64,000 nucleotides of DNA from Mytilus californianus. Its lineage: Eukaryota. The DNA is taken from assembly GCF_021869535.1 (NCBI RefSeq), contig NW_026262745.1, positions 59,210,001 to 59,274,000 on the forward strand. The letters are read 5' to 3'. Position numbers and translations under genes: made by a program. Shown here one piece after another: positions 46,226-58,985 of this stretch (its first letter is position 1; each line of letters begins with the position of its first letter). Under the pieces are notes generated by a model. The model worked only from the letters and a program-made list of their open reading frames with translations. It ran no database searches and had not been told where the DNA came from.

Positions 46226-48112
46226 GATAGTAAGAATGATTGTCGTGCGGATGTGTAATCGCCTAATAACTTAAACATATTACCAAAAAGATTATAGGCT
46301 TGAGCTCTGTTAATGCGATCTCCTATTAGATAACTTTCTTTTATAACCAGCTGTAGATCTTGAAGTGAGTCGTGACATTGTCTGACAATATTGAGATGAT
46401 AATGGCAAAGAAAATTAAGGAAGCTAGCATACGCTGTCGACGATGTACGATAGTTTTCAGATCCGACTTCCATTTGGAGTTAATCAGGTATTAATACAGA
46501 GTTCTTTTGAAATATCAACACATCTACAAACATTATTTTCAACAGATAAACAAAACTCTTTTTATAGAATAATATAACATCGAGCAATTGGTGATGAAAA
46601 TTTGGAATATACATGAAGGCGCACAGTTTTTTCATATAACATTTAGATAACGAATAACTGATGATGTTTAGAGCTTTATAGTATTGTTTTGTCTTATAGA
46701 AAAACTAAGCTAACATCAGCCATCCCGATACAGCGTCATGATAGATATTCTGTAACAAAATACTGACACAGGATGTGAACTGTTTGTATAGGTATTTATT
46801 ATTGTTTGAACAGTTCAGTGGTATAGACTAGGCTTGTACTGAGCACATCATAGACATGTAGTATGTATACAAGGATTTTGTTAAAGGTTTTTTAAATGTA
46901 ATTGTCTGGTATATCTTCTCTTGAAAACACTCTTTTCCATTTTTTCTGAAAATTGTATTCGCAATACCCAATAAATTTTAAAAAAGGGCCTTTTCAACTT
47001 CATAAAAAAATTCAATGTATGTGGTTCCAATGGACTACTTCACATTGATACATCAAAGTTAGATATTTGATCTGAAAATAAGATGCATCGCCAACCGTAA
47101 CTATTCAAGATAAATAGTTTCTCTAAAAGCAACTCACGAGCACGTCCCTCTACTCTATTCTCAAACATATTGTTCTCGGGAATAAAATAATGCACGCAAA
47201 ATAAATACTCAACACAATATATCAGCCTTCTAAAACAACGCATAAAACAAGGTATAAGATTTTCAGGTTTCCATATGGATTGTGGTTGTTCTTCGGATAT
47301 AAAAAAATAATTGTTTTCAGGAAATATGAGCAGAGTAAATAATCACAATCGGAGTAAGAAGATATTAAATCCTTCAAAATAATCTTTAAGAGAGCGTAGC
47401 ATAATAAGTGTATGTAGGTAAAGGTATTTATAAGAAGTTTTTCACCAACTGAAAGATATTCGCCATTCTAAATCCTCATTTGGTGATCCTTTAACTCCGA
47501 TTGGTACAAAAAGTACTCCGTGTTCTGTTATACTTTGTTTCGTCTTTAAAGTCGGCCATGAGTTATTTGATCTTGTAATCCACTGCACTGCAAGTGAAAT
47601 CCATGTTTTACAATGTAAGCAACTGGCAGAGTCACACATACCATATTTGTCAGATATACACGGTCCATGAATTATATCACTTTTATCTGTCAATAACTCT
47701 TGTTTATATAATGCGCTCGATAAATAATATTTACCAGAACGTTGTTCACAATACTGAAACCAGAGCAGACTACTGCTATGTTCTACACGCAGTTGCAACT
47801 GAGTAAACCCAGGATTTACAGCATCTACATGTATGTCCATTGAAAAATATGTTATGTTTTGATTAAAACAAGGTTTGACATCTCCATAAACTTCGACTGT
47901 TTTTAAAACATACATCATATCTAAATCACTCCCTCTCATGTCAAGTCCTTCCCCAAAACTTCCACTTGTAACTATTGTTATATTCTTGTTACACGACAAA
48001 TTATCTCTGACCGTGTGTCATCATTCTGTTTTGTTAACATAATCTTCTCTTCCAACGATATTATGACAAAGATAACGATATAGTGCTATTGATATATTTC
48101 TTGTTATGTCGT
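46171..48112 (-). pseudogene. Mab-21/cGAS-like receptor (cGLR) with TPR-like C-terminus, disrupted
   Basis: ALYRYLCHNIVG, TSGSFGEGLDMRGSDLDMM (NTase G-S/DxD), HGPCISD, HGVLFVPIG, LEWRISFS, HDAVSGWLMLASFFY; TGA stops at ~48020 and 47040, frameshifts at ~47450 and ~47303, more downstream. Confidence 0.9.
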
Positions 48113-49014
48113 CTGTCCAAAAAAACATCAAATAAGACTATAATTATTCAAATAAAAAAAAAAATCTTAAACTATAAAAGTTAGCACATCTAACATAAGC
48201 ATCACGACTGGTGCCACATGTGGAGCAGGAGCTGCTTACACTTCCGGAGCACATGAGATCACCCCAGTTTATGGTTGGGTTCGTATTGCTCAGTCTTTAG
48301 TTTTCTATGTTGTGTTTTGTGTATTGGTATTTGTCTGTTGGTCTTTTTCTTTTTTGAGCCATGGAGTTATCAGTTTATTTTTGGATCATAAGTTTGAATG
48401 TCCCTTTGGTATATTTAGCATCTCTTTAACACAAAAGATGTAAGCGGCATATTCATGGCATAGATTCCCCAAAAAAAGAGTAGTTAATGGGCAAATGATG
48501 GATGACATTTTTAAAATACATTGTGGTAGGTACAAAATCACAAAATTAGAGTCACGGAAGAGCTAGTGAAAATAGAACTTGTAATAAAGGGTAGCGGTAG
48601 ATTCCCGATGTTTAAATCCCGTTAATGTATTTGAATATAAAATCCAAAGCAGAAAAAACTTAGGGAATCAAGTCTCTGGTTATGAACTTATAACCTCTTT
48701 TACAATTGTAGTAATTCGTCCTCATAACCGTAGTGAAGCGGTGTTTGAATTTGGAGCCCGATCATGTGTTCAATAAGTCCAATTATTGAGAACATTTGTA
48801 AAAGGCATACGATTGGGAAGAGGGCATGTTGTTACAGAGGGATACGGCTTTCTTTTAACTCTGCTTCGTGTGATACCAAATGAATCAATAAGGATGCACA
48901 ATTAGTAGCCATTGAAATTCACAAACGATTTCACTCGACAAGTGTGTGTTGGTGATAAAAACGTCCAGCATTTTGATGAGTAAAGAAATAAGGAGACAGG
49001 ATACACAGCCAAAT

Positions 49015-49340
49015 TTCACTCACATGAATTTCACGTGAATTTCACTGAAACGAGCTTATACGTGAAACTCACGTTAAATCAGTTCTTGTGAGTTTCATGT
49101 GAATCTCATGTGATTTTTTTTCACGTGAAATTCACATGAATTTTGAAAGTAAAGCTATTCAAACAACATGTAATTTTTCAAAATTAATCAAAATCATGAA
49201 AACTACCAACTTTTTTTTAAAAGTTCACGTGAAATTCACATGAAAATTTACATGTGAGTTTCATGTATAAGCTTGTTTGAGGTGAATTTCACATGAATTT
49301 TTTCACGTGAATTTCACGCGAGATTCATGTGAAATTCATG
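49015..49340. mobile_element. ~325-bp MITE-like inverted structure built from TTCACGTGAA/TTCACATGAA repeats
   Basis: Left AATTTCACTGAAACGAGCTTATACGTGAAA pairs with right TTTCATGTATAAGCTTGTTTGAGGTGAATT; many CACGTG/CACATG units. Confidence 0.6.
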
Positions 49341-51643
49341 CCTGTGCCTGTGCATGATTACAAATTATACAACTGTCTACTACGGACCACAGGCCAAAGC
49401 TGGTAAACACTAATAGATCACTTCACGTCAGACTTACTTATGAGCGCTCAACCATCCCTTAATTTGGGACAGTGGTGCAACGGCCCAACATAAGAACAAA
49501 ATTCTTTTTGTTGGTAAAAAAAACAAAAACAAAACAAAACAAACTAACAAAAGACAAAAGTTATTGATCGGAGAGCACTCGCAGTTACTGAAAGCTAGTT
49601 CAAAGACAATTCCAACTAATAAATATACCGCGTTTTCCCAGACTCAGCTATCATCCAGTAAACACTATGGTCTACTGTGTATTTGTTGTTTGAATCAAAA
49701 TATTTGTTCATGACAAACAAAAAACAATTTATCAGTAATATGAACCCCGAATGGATAGGTAAATACTGAGATTATTTTGGGTTCGTCTTTCGACATTGTC
49801 ATATTTGCAATACTATTCTGATGTCTTTGAAGTACTATTTTTGGTCCATTTTTAATATTTCCGGGTCATTTGATCATAAGCCAACATGTGTGGTCTGCTG
49901 TTTCTTAAATTTTAACAGGCCGACTGATAAAAAAGATCTTAACCACCATATTTTGTTTTGTTTTTTTCCTGTGGTTTTACGACAAACTTTTGTTAACAAA
50001 TATTGTCATTTCAAAATTTTCATTATCCTTTGGATTATTTTGTAGTGGCTTCATACAGAAAATTTAAGACTCATTTTTTGGCAATCATAATCCTCTTCGG
50101 AGTTAAATATATTTCGTTGTAGAAATAGAATACCTAAATTAACATCTTCCTGTATACAGCATTAAAATCGCACCAACTATGACAGATCAGTGTATTTTAG
50201 ACAACTATCGATTGACCTTACTGAATCTGATGTTCTTGAAATACGAGTTCCGTCAAAACTTTAAACACGATTAGTAAGTGCTATGTTAGCATATGTTGGC
50301 TATTAAACCAGATTTAACCCGCCATTTTCTTCGGAAAACGTCTGTACCTAGTATGAATATTGCAGTTGTTCTTCACGTGTTCCGTTGATTGATAGCTTTT
50401 GATTTTGTCAGTTTTATGGGCTTCCACTTTTTGAATTTGCCTTGGAGTTCGGAATTTTTGTTATACTTTTTTTTCTAAAACAGGAATATATGAGATACAG
50501 ATACGAAATATAAATTGCCCAAATTTTAGAATTATTAATTGCGTTTTAAAGAAAACCCCGGTAAATGCTAGAATGTCCATTTATTTTATTCGAAATTGTG
50601 GATGTCTACGGTGAATAACTTAATACACAATCCATTGACTTTCGTTTTCAATGTAAACGTCTCTACTTTTATTCATCAAATGTGTCAATGTGCTGACCCT
50701 TTGATTTCATTTTTTCATCTGAAAACACATACTAGTAACGTTAAGAGGAAAAACTGTTGATGACAATGGGTATTTTCAAATACATTTAAAAATGTATAGA
50801 ATATAAACACGATAAAAAATTTTATCAAATAGTACACAATTATTGTGTACACGCAGGGTGAATAAAGTTTACTATCGTTATATTTCTTTATACGAATATT
50901 TTTATAAAGTGTGTATGGTAAACAAAATAATAAAATCAAATAATAAGAAGAAACAACACTTTAAAAGTGGCTAATTACTAACAAATTTTCATGAAATTGA
51001 TCGCAGTTTAGAAATAAGATCAGGTGAACTTTACAAGTTCTTAGAGATGAATGAACTTGTAAAATTCGTCCACTATTAAATGACAAACTGCATTTTTTCT
51101 TCATTATCAAGAGAGTGAAAATATAACAAATAATGCTATTGATTTTTGAAACTTATCAGTTAAAAACAAACTGACAATCCAATGGCAAAAAACAATAAAT
51201 GACCAAAAGACAAACAACAGTACACAAAACACAAAGACTCAGCAACACGTACCCCACTAAAAACCGGTGGTGATCTCATGTGCTCCGGAAGGGTTAGTAT
51301 ATCCTGCTCCACATGTGGCACCCGTCGTATTTATCGTTAAGTTAGGACTTTCAGAATTGGTTCGAACAGTTTTTCAATGCAGTAAATTAAAGCAGTTCTC
51401 TGATCATAAGACAGTAAGCATGAATTTCTCTGTGAGCAAAATTTGAGATTTAAGGGTTTAAATGATAAAAGAATCTATTCATTTGTTTTAGCTCTATTTC
51501 AGACCAGCAATCATCGAAAGGTTAAAGAACACTTAAAAACTGTACACTTTAACAATAGGTAATACATGTTCATGTATATACCACAATATATGGTTTATAT
51601 AAGCATTGATAAACAACACACGACTTGACATGTGCTCCTGTCT

Positions 51644-51649
51644 TATAAA
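51644..51649 (+). promoter_or_regulatory. TATA box of the lipocalin gene
   Basis: TATAAA about 55 nt upstream of the ATG at 51700. Confidence 0.5.
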
Positions 51650-51699
51650 TGATTCCAGAATTAGGAAACGTGACATTTGAACAAATATTACTCGTCATA

Positions 51700-53206
51700 A
51701 TGAAGTTGTTGATTTCACTTGTAAGTATTCCTAAGTATTTTATATCTAAAGTCGGTGGTCAATATCCAAACGACAAAATTGATTTTTAATGTTTGGTAAA
51801 AGGTTAGTTCAACAGAGTGTATGAAAAAGGGTGATCATCATTGACGGTGTCGCTTGTATAAGCAGGTACGATTAAATGAAATCTCCATAAAGGTTACATA
51901 TGGACTACTACGGGGGTGTTTAACGTTTCTAAATACCAATGAAGGTGTCGCATAGTCGACGCACAAAACTTGAAATGCCAGCGTACCATGGACCACCTTT
52001 TGCGACATAACAAGTTATAAAAATATTACCAGTAATCGTTGATGTTAGACTTATCATAATAATTATTACAATAAACTTGACCTTATCCGTAAATAAGTGA
52101 TATGCCCGTTCGTTCCATTGATTGGTAAGATTTACCTTTTGATGTTGTCGGGATTTGGGGGACTTCCCCCTTTTTCAATTTGCCTTGAAGTCCGAATCTT
52201 TTGTTAATAGATATAAGAAGATGTGGTATGAACGCCAATGAGACAACTCTCCATCCAAGTCAAAATTTACAAAAGTAAACCATTATAGGTCACAGTATGG
52301 TCTTCAACACGGAACCTTGGCTCACACCGAACAGTAAGCTATAAAGGGCCCCAAAAATTACTAGTGTAAAACCATTCAAACGGGAAAACCAACGGTCTAA
52401 TCTATATAAAAAACGAGAAACGAGAAACACTTATGAACCACATCAACAAACGACAACTACTGAACATCAGATTCATACTTTTTTTTATCGTCTAGGACGA
52501 GAAACATTAATGCCATGTTTTTATGACTGCATGAATTAACTATTGGCTCTTAGTACCAGTTGAAGGTTATTCCATAATAATGTCATGCGCAAATACATCG
52601 ATTTACATATATTTGTTTTAACTTCTTGTTCACTTACGTAACTTCTTTAAATTTTTTATCACAGTGTCTCTTCTGTGTCAATGCCGACGCATTCTTTATA
52701 GACCAGCTATTTAGCAACGGTTGCAAATCACCATCACCAGCACAAAACTTTACTAACCAGCGATACAATGGACTATGGTATGAAGTTGGTAAGATGCAGA
52801 CAGCTGGCGGGGCTGCGTTTGAAAAAGACTGTGTGTGTACTACAATTGATATAAAACCAAAATCGGGAACAAGTGATTATACTGCCATCAATAGCTGTAG
52901 AAAATTATCTCCAACAGGGAATTTCTTAAATGCAACAGGTTGGTTTTGGTTCCAACATTCCTCTAGTTTGTGCATACACGTACATGATCGTAAATGTTTA
53001 AAATTATATGGTCTAGATGAAAATGAAGATATATAAAAAGCATCAACAAACAAGTAAAAAAAACCAAATTTCCTGAAACGGAATTTCACCGCTTGTTTTT
53101 CAATAATGGGAGTAAACTCTTTGTGATTATTAAATGAAATGTTGTCTTTGTTTGTTTGTATAATTCAGCGGCACATGGAAGAGTTGATATGAAATGATCG
53201 TATATT

Positions 53207-53255
<49 letters not shown>

Positions 53256-54912
53256 CAACATCGACGCACAATCGTATATTATATGAATTTTATTCTATCG
53301 ACATACTATATACTTATAAAGCCTCTCTCGCGCTCTCTCTCTCTCTATCGTCAAATAAAAAACAGATATTAACTAAGAAATTATATAAGGAAACTTCACA
53401 TAAAACGCTAAAGACCTACCAAAACAAACCCCACTAAAAACTGGTGGTGTTAGGCTTGTTCATGTCATCCTCATGTGTGCGAGTTTCAAGATGCTACTAG
53501 AACTTTGAAATCAAGTATGGAAACATCAGTCAAATTATGGGTATGAAACATAATGCTAAAATTAGAAAAAAAAATTAAATGCAACACTGCATTGCGTAAT
53601 ATCTTTCCGATGCTTATACAATTGCTCTTTATGGTTTTACTTTATGGTTGATTTTTTTTAATTTGCAGGTACATTGACGGGAGAGGGTCCATCTGGTCAC
53701 TGGAAAGAGGGATTTTTCCCCCTCGCCCCAAAAGTAAGTTAAACGACAATCATTTATTGTTAAAGAAATGGGAGGGACATGGTATTTTTGATTATAATTA
53801 TATATATATATTTCATATTAAAGCAACTTACAGAAGGAGTCATGATAAGTACGGCCAATTGCCCACACACAGGGTTAAAATCTTAAATATTTGTCAAGAA
53901 ATTGAGTCGACAGCAAAAGCATTTACTATTTGTCATCAATTCTACATATTAACATACCGTCAAAGTTTGAGTACTTTATGTTTTGCTATTGATAGAATTT
54001 TGAAAAAATCAAATTTTATATGTTTTGTACAATTCTGCATTAAAGAGCGCCGTTAACAAAAAAGAAATAATATTATGTCCGAAAGACAATATATACATAT
54101 AGCTATTCTACCAACAGAATTCTGCTTTTGGTAAGAGATGATCTTTTTATATTTGAAGTAAAATACTCAAAATTGCCTAATTGGTCACACAAATTGCGAT
54201 TTTGGGCTGTTTTCATGTTTCATAATTTGATGATCTGTTAGCCTATATTATTCTTAGAAACGTAAAGTACACACATAGAGCTATGGTACCATGAATGTAG
54301 ATAATGAACGAACGACATTTTGAAAATGTCCCTGGGGTGAAATAAATACAGGAGAAATTGTCCCTAACTCTTTATACAGTGTAATGCATCAATTTACTTT
54401 AATGTTGATTTACAAAAGTATTTTGAAGAACAAATATTTTCACCACATCAATTTTCTCTACTTTTCCCACAACAAAACGTTTTTTTTTTTCGTGTCCCTT
54501 ATATTCGTAACAAATAAAACGTTTAGTTATTTATTTTTGTATTCAAATGTGTCTATTTATTTTGTTGTTTGCTGATCATGAACCGAATAAAACATTTATC
54601 ACTGGACGTTAAGCAACAAACAACCAATCAATGTATTTGTTTGCGTTTACATGAACTATTCCGTTACTTATACAAGACTTTTCTTTCAATTTGTAGGCTG
54701 ACTACACTATAATATACCTTGACGACAACTATGCAATTGAGTATGACTGTACGTCAGTGATTGGAATTACAAACTATTGTATACACATTCTGTCCAGAAC
54801 ACCAACAGCCCAAGCTGACATGGTCCAAAAGCTAAAGACATTCGCTATAGGACTAGGTTTAAATACTGAGAATTTGGACTATCAAGAAACATTACAAAAG
54901 GGATGTTGGTAG
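51700..54912 (+). CDS. Secreted lipocalin (apolipoprotein D-like), 191 aa; exons 51700-51720, 52665-52938, 53669-53733, 54697-54912
   Basis: Signal peptide MKLLISL|CLFCVNADA; SCR1 GLWYEVG, YAIEYDC, SCR3 ILSRTP; canonical GT-AG with phases 0,1,0; AATAAA at 54944. Confidence 0.9.
53211..53252. repeat. (TC)21 microsatellite in lipocalin intron 2
   Basis: Perfect TC run. Confidence 0.95.
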
Positions 54913-55584
54913 AGTTTTAGACGTATTCGTATTTTGTCCTTTGAATAAATGTATCATTCTTTACCATTGTTTAATTTTTACACGATAAATAAATCATTAA
55001 ACAAGCATGTATATGTCTTTCTCAATCACCTAAGTAAGAACGGTCCAATGATAAAAAAATTAAGGATAGTCGCTACAGTTTTATTCTTGACCAAAAGTTT
55101 ATAAATCACGTCATCAAGAACTGTTTAAGATAGACAAGAACACGCCTCAACATCGTTCAAGACCGAGAATTTAGAAATGTTTTGGAGAAAATAAAAAATG
55201 TTCGTACACTATCGATAACGAATTGGAAATACTGTTTACAGGTAAATATGCCATTTGACCTGTTGTACATCTTGGCTAGCGAAGATGCCTGTTGTACTAA
55301 TTGATGCAAACAGAAGAAATCGAATAGAAAAAACATTTCATTCGTATTTCAATTTAAAAAAAAAAGAGATAATCGCATATCACACATCGAAAATAATTAG
55401 ATGTTTGATATAGATCACGTGCTTTCAGTAGTCATTTCAATTCTGTTGACAGCCATGACTTTTCGAGTCTCTGCACTACAAATCACATAATCTTCAAAAT
55501 TTAACTACAAGGTTATTCAATGCTGCAAAGGAAATAAAACTATGTGTTATGTAATTAAGACGGTGCACATGCTAGATCGGGGCA

Positions 55585-58500
55585 GCCCCGATATTCCGAC
55601 ACCCCATTAGTCCGACACCCTATTGGTCCGACACCCCAATAGTCCGACACCCTATTAGTCCGACATCCCAATAGTCCGACACCCTATTGGTTTGACACCC
55701 AATAGTTCGACATTCCATTAGTCTTACATCGAAATGTTTTTTAAAAAATGTATTTATTTTTATATTATATAGAATGCCTAATAAAAGGTTCGTTCAATAT
55801 GAAGAAGAGGACACTGTCCTTCGTGGGAACAGGTGATGCAACCTTGGTTAATGTATTAGTACTCAAGTAGCAGAATTTCGTCACCACTAACTAAAAGCAC
55901 AAACTACATTGTTAACGTTAAGTCTTGGCGAACTGCTTAAATACCTCTCGATACAGTATCTCAGAGATACAGGTTAAACATGACGCAGTAAGAAAATAAA
56001 GGAACCAATGAAGCTTTGCTGCGTACAACATTATATGTGTGAATATGGCTTGAGTGAATAAGACGGTCACGTTTTTCTGATACATGTATACCGGTAACTC
56101 TAGTGACAAAAAGTAATAACGGTGCTGTAACTCAACTAAAACTTATAATCTAATATTTTTTTTTAAAAGGGGAGCTAAAATGTAACAGTATAATGCCATT
56201 AGTTGAAGAGGAACACCAGTTTAGTTTGTATATATGGGCACCGATATTTAAGAAAGAGTGAAATTAGGGCAGAACACTTGTGTTGAAGTGTTCTGTTGTA
56301 ATTTCGCTCTTTTTCAAATAGTGGGTAAACTGGTTCAATGATTATCTTTCTTCCAAATAATACTCTTCAGTTTTTGAAGCCTTCGCCGCACAGGGACTCC
56401 GTATGCAGATGAACCTTTTTATGCCCCTTCCGTTAGTCGAAGGGGGCATTAAGTGTTACCCTTGTCCATCCGTTCGTCCGTCCGTCTGTACGTATGTACG
56501 TCTGTACGTCTGTACGTCCGTCCCAAAATTGGTTTCCGTTCTCTAACTTTAGGTAGCAATGCAGTTAGGATTTTAGTTTCGCATTTTGGCCATAGTGAAT
56601 CTTTTTAATAAGAAAGTGTTTGTGCAAAAAAAATGATTTTTAGAGAGCTGAAAAATAATATAGCCTTCAAAGTGGGTTTATATGAACATCAAAATTGTTT
56701 TTTGCATCTTTTATAGGCTATTTTTCTGTTTGACAGTCTGCATTTTGAATTCCGTACCGCCCATAGGTCCAGAAATTATTGTAGTGTTTTTCAACAAATA
56801 TTTGACCCTCGAACTTTTCAGTTTAATTTTATGGAAAAATGAGGTGAAGTGCATATGATTTTTTTGGGACCTCTTGATAGATAAATATCAATGGTTTCAG
56901 AATAAGTATCACTCTAATGGATTGAAATTCTTCATTGGACCAAATTTTTGGGACTTTTGTGACATTTTCACCCCCCCCCCCCCCCCCCCCCCCCACCCCC
57001 CTTTTTTGCAATATTTTGTATCAAATAAATGCAGACTATTGCCATGGTTACACTAAAAAGAGATAATGCTTCACAATTTTAACATTGAATTGGAAATCAA
57101 ATCTATGGAAGATGCTGTTTCCATACATATGCACATACATAATACAAACAGTAAGCCTTATTTGTTAGAAAGCAAGGGAAAGAGGGTGGTTAAAAATTAA
57201 GAGTGTCAATTTAAAGTTTTTTTCCTAACTGTGTATTGCTTCCTTAGTTTGCCTTAACCAAATGTTATGAAACTTATACCTAATGCTTATTTCCATAAAA
57301 CACAGATCAAGTTCTAATTAGGGTGACGTCACTTTTACAGTTCTCTAGTTATGTCCTTTTATAACATTATATGCAAGCGGGGGCATCATCTGTGTCCAAT
57401 GGACACATTCTCCATTTATTTTAATCAGGCATCAATATTTTGTAGTTTTCTAGCAATGTGCAGTTTACTATCCACATCAGTATACTGAAAAACCCTAAAG
57501 GCATCTAAGTTGCCATTTTTAATAGCCTACCTTTCTTAAATGAAAAATAATTAAAAATGTTTTTTATATGACTGTATACCTTATAAAGGCATTCACTTCC
57601 TTCCTAAATGATTCGTCGATCAGAAGCAGCATATGTTGATTTCCTGATCAACGACTACCTTACTCAGCTATCGTTTCAATTGGGTCAAAAATTTCTTATT
57701 TCCCGGCAAAAGCAACGTAGCTGGAAACATGTCGTTTTTCAACAACATAGACTCAATGGGAGATACATCATTAAATCCAGTGGCAAATATGTCTGCATGT
57801 TCAGGATAAAAACTAATTAACAATAAGTCCATTTATAGGGGTCGACCAGAATAATGAGCGGTAATATGAAGCAGTTATACTCACTGTAAGTCAATTCTGA
57901 CGGCAAATGCCATCCGTTTAAATTGAGTTTAACAACCGTAATAAAGCATTCAATAAAGAACCAAATATAATCGATTGTTCAATTTTACTATGGATATTTT
58001 TTTATAAAGTTTTTGATTTTTAAATTCAAGTTCGGTGGAGGTGGAAACCAACATGCTTGGATAAAATTAGTTATTTTTTGTTTGTTAATGAAATCTTTTT
58101 AGTTTGACATTTTCGGAGAATATATTGCAGTCTGGACATTTTCTTTACGTCTAGAGACTGTTCTTTAAAATTCCAAATTCTCTTCACCCAAGGATGACTG
58201 GGGTATAAAAATATGTTAACTTTTGCTTTTTTTTCGATAAAGTAAACCCCTTGCCAAGTGGTGCGTCCTTTGGTTAATATGCTGGATGTATGAATACGCA
58301 GCCACGTTCGAAACTTTGTTATAAACAATGCTATAATATCTGTTCCTTTTGGAACACATATTATATATACCTTTTATTTCGTCAGGAACAAGTAATATTT
58401 TTTTCCAGTGGAAATTCTATTCCATATTTAGAACATATATTCAGAGGAACATCTATTCCATGACAGTCTGTTGCCAGGACAAATTTCTATGCCTTTCCAA

Positions 58501-58985
58501 TATACCTTCAATTTCCCGTGGCAGTCCAAATTTTCCGCCCTCAATCCCGGTTGATTCCTTATTACAGGACATATCTTTTGTATTAATTGTTAATTTGTTT
58601 TCGTCCTTAACATGCATGAATTATTTGACACTTGACGTACAGAAAACAGCAATCAATCAATCAAATTCCTTTTTTAGCGTAGGGTTTTTTTTATGAAAGA
58701 GCTAGGTCACACTTTGTATTTGTAAAGCAAAATATTGCAAGGTTGTCGATTGCCTTATATTTATAGGATAATGGTATTTCTTACATACATGTACCAGTTG
58801 GGAAATGCTGTCTTTTCCATTTCTTTGTATGAAGTAGATTTTCAATTACAGCGTGTGTCGGACTATTGGGGTGTCGGACTATTGGGGTGTCGGACCAATG
58901 GGGTGTCGGACTAATGGGATGTCGGACCAATGGGGTGTCGGACTATTGGGGGTGTCGGACTAATGAGGTGTCGGAATAGCGGGGC
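55585..58985. mobile_element. ~3.4-kb foldback-like non-autonomous element whose TIRs are arrays of a 16-bp unit
   Basis: Left GCCCCGATATTCCGACACC plus ~9 x TCCGACACCCCATTAG (55596-55730); inverted ~8 copies plus CGGAATAGCGGGGC at 58855-58985; no clear TSD or transposase. Confidence 0.75.
56420..57420 (+). mobile_element. Helentron/HINE-like element pieces nested in the foldback element
   Basis: TTTTATGCCCC..GGGGCATTAAGTGTTACCCTTGTCC plus (GTCC/GTAC)n microsatellite; tail GCGGGGCATCATCTGTGTCCAATGGACACATT hairpin. Confidence 0.65.

Noticed and set aside
52626-53036. 136-aa ORF as a complete lipocalin
   Set aside because: Both ends run into introns; the 4-exon model supplies the signal peptide and SCR3.
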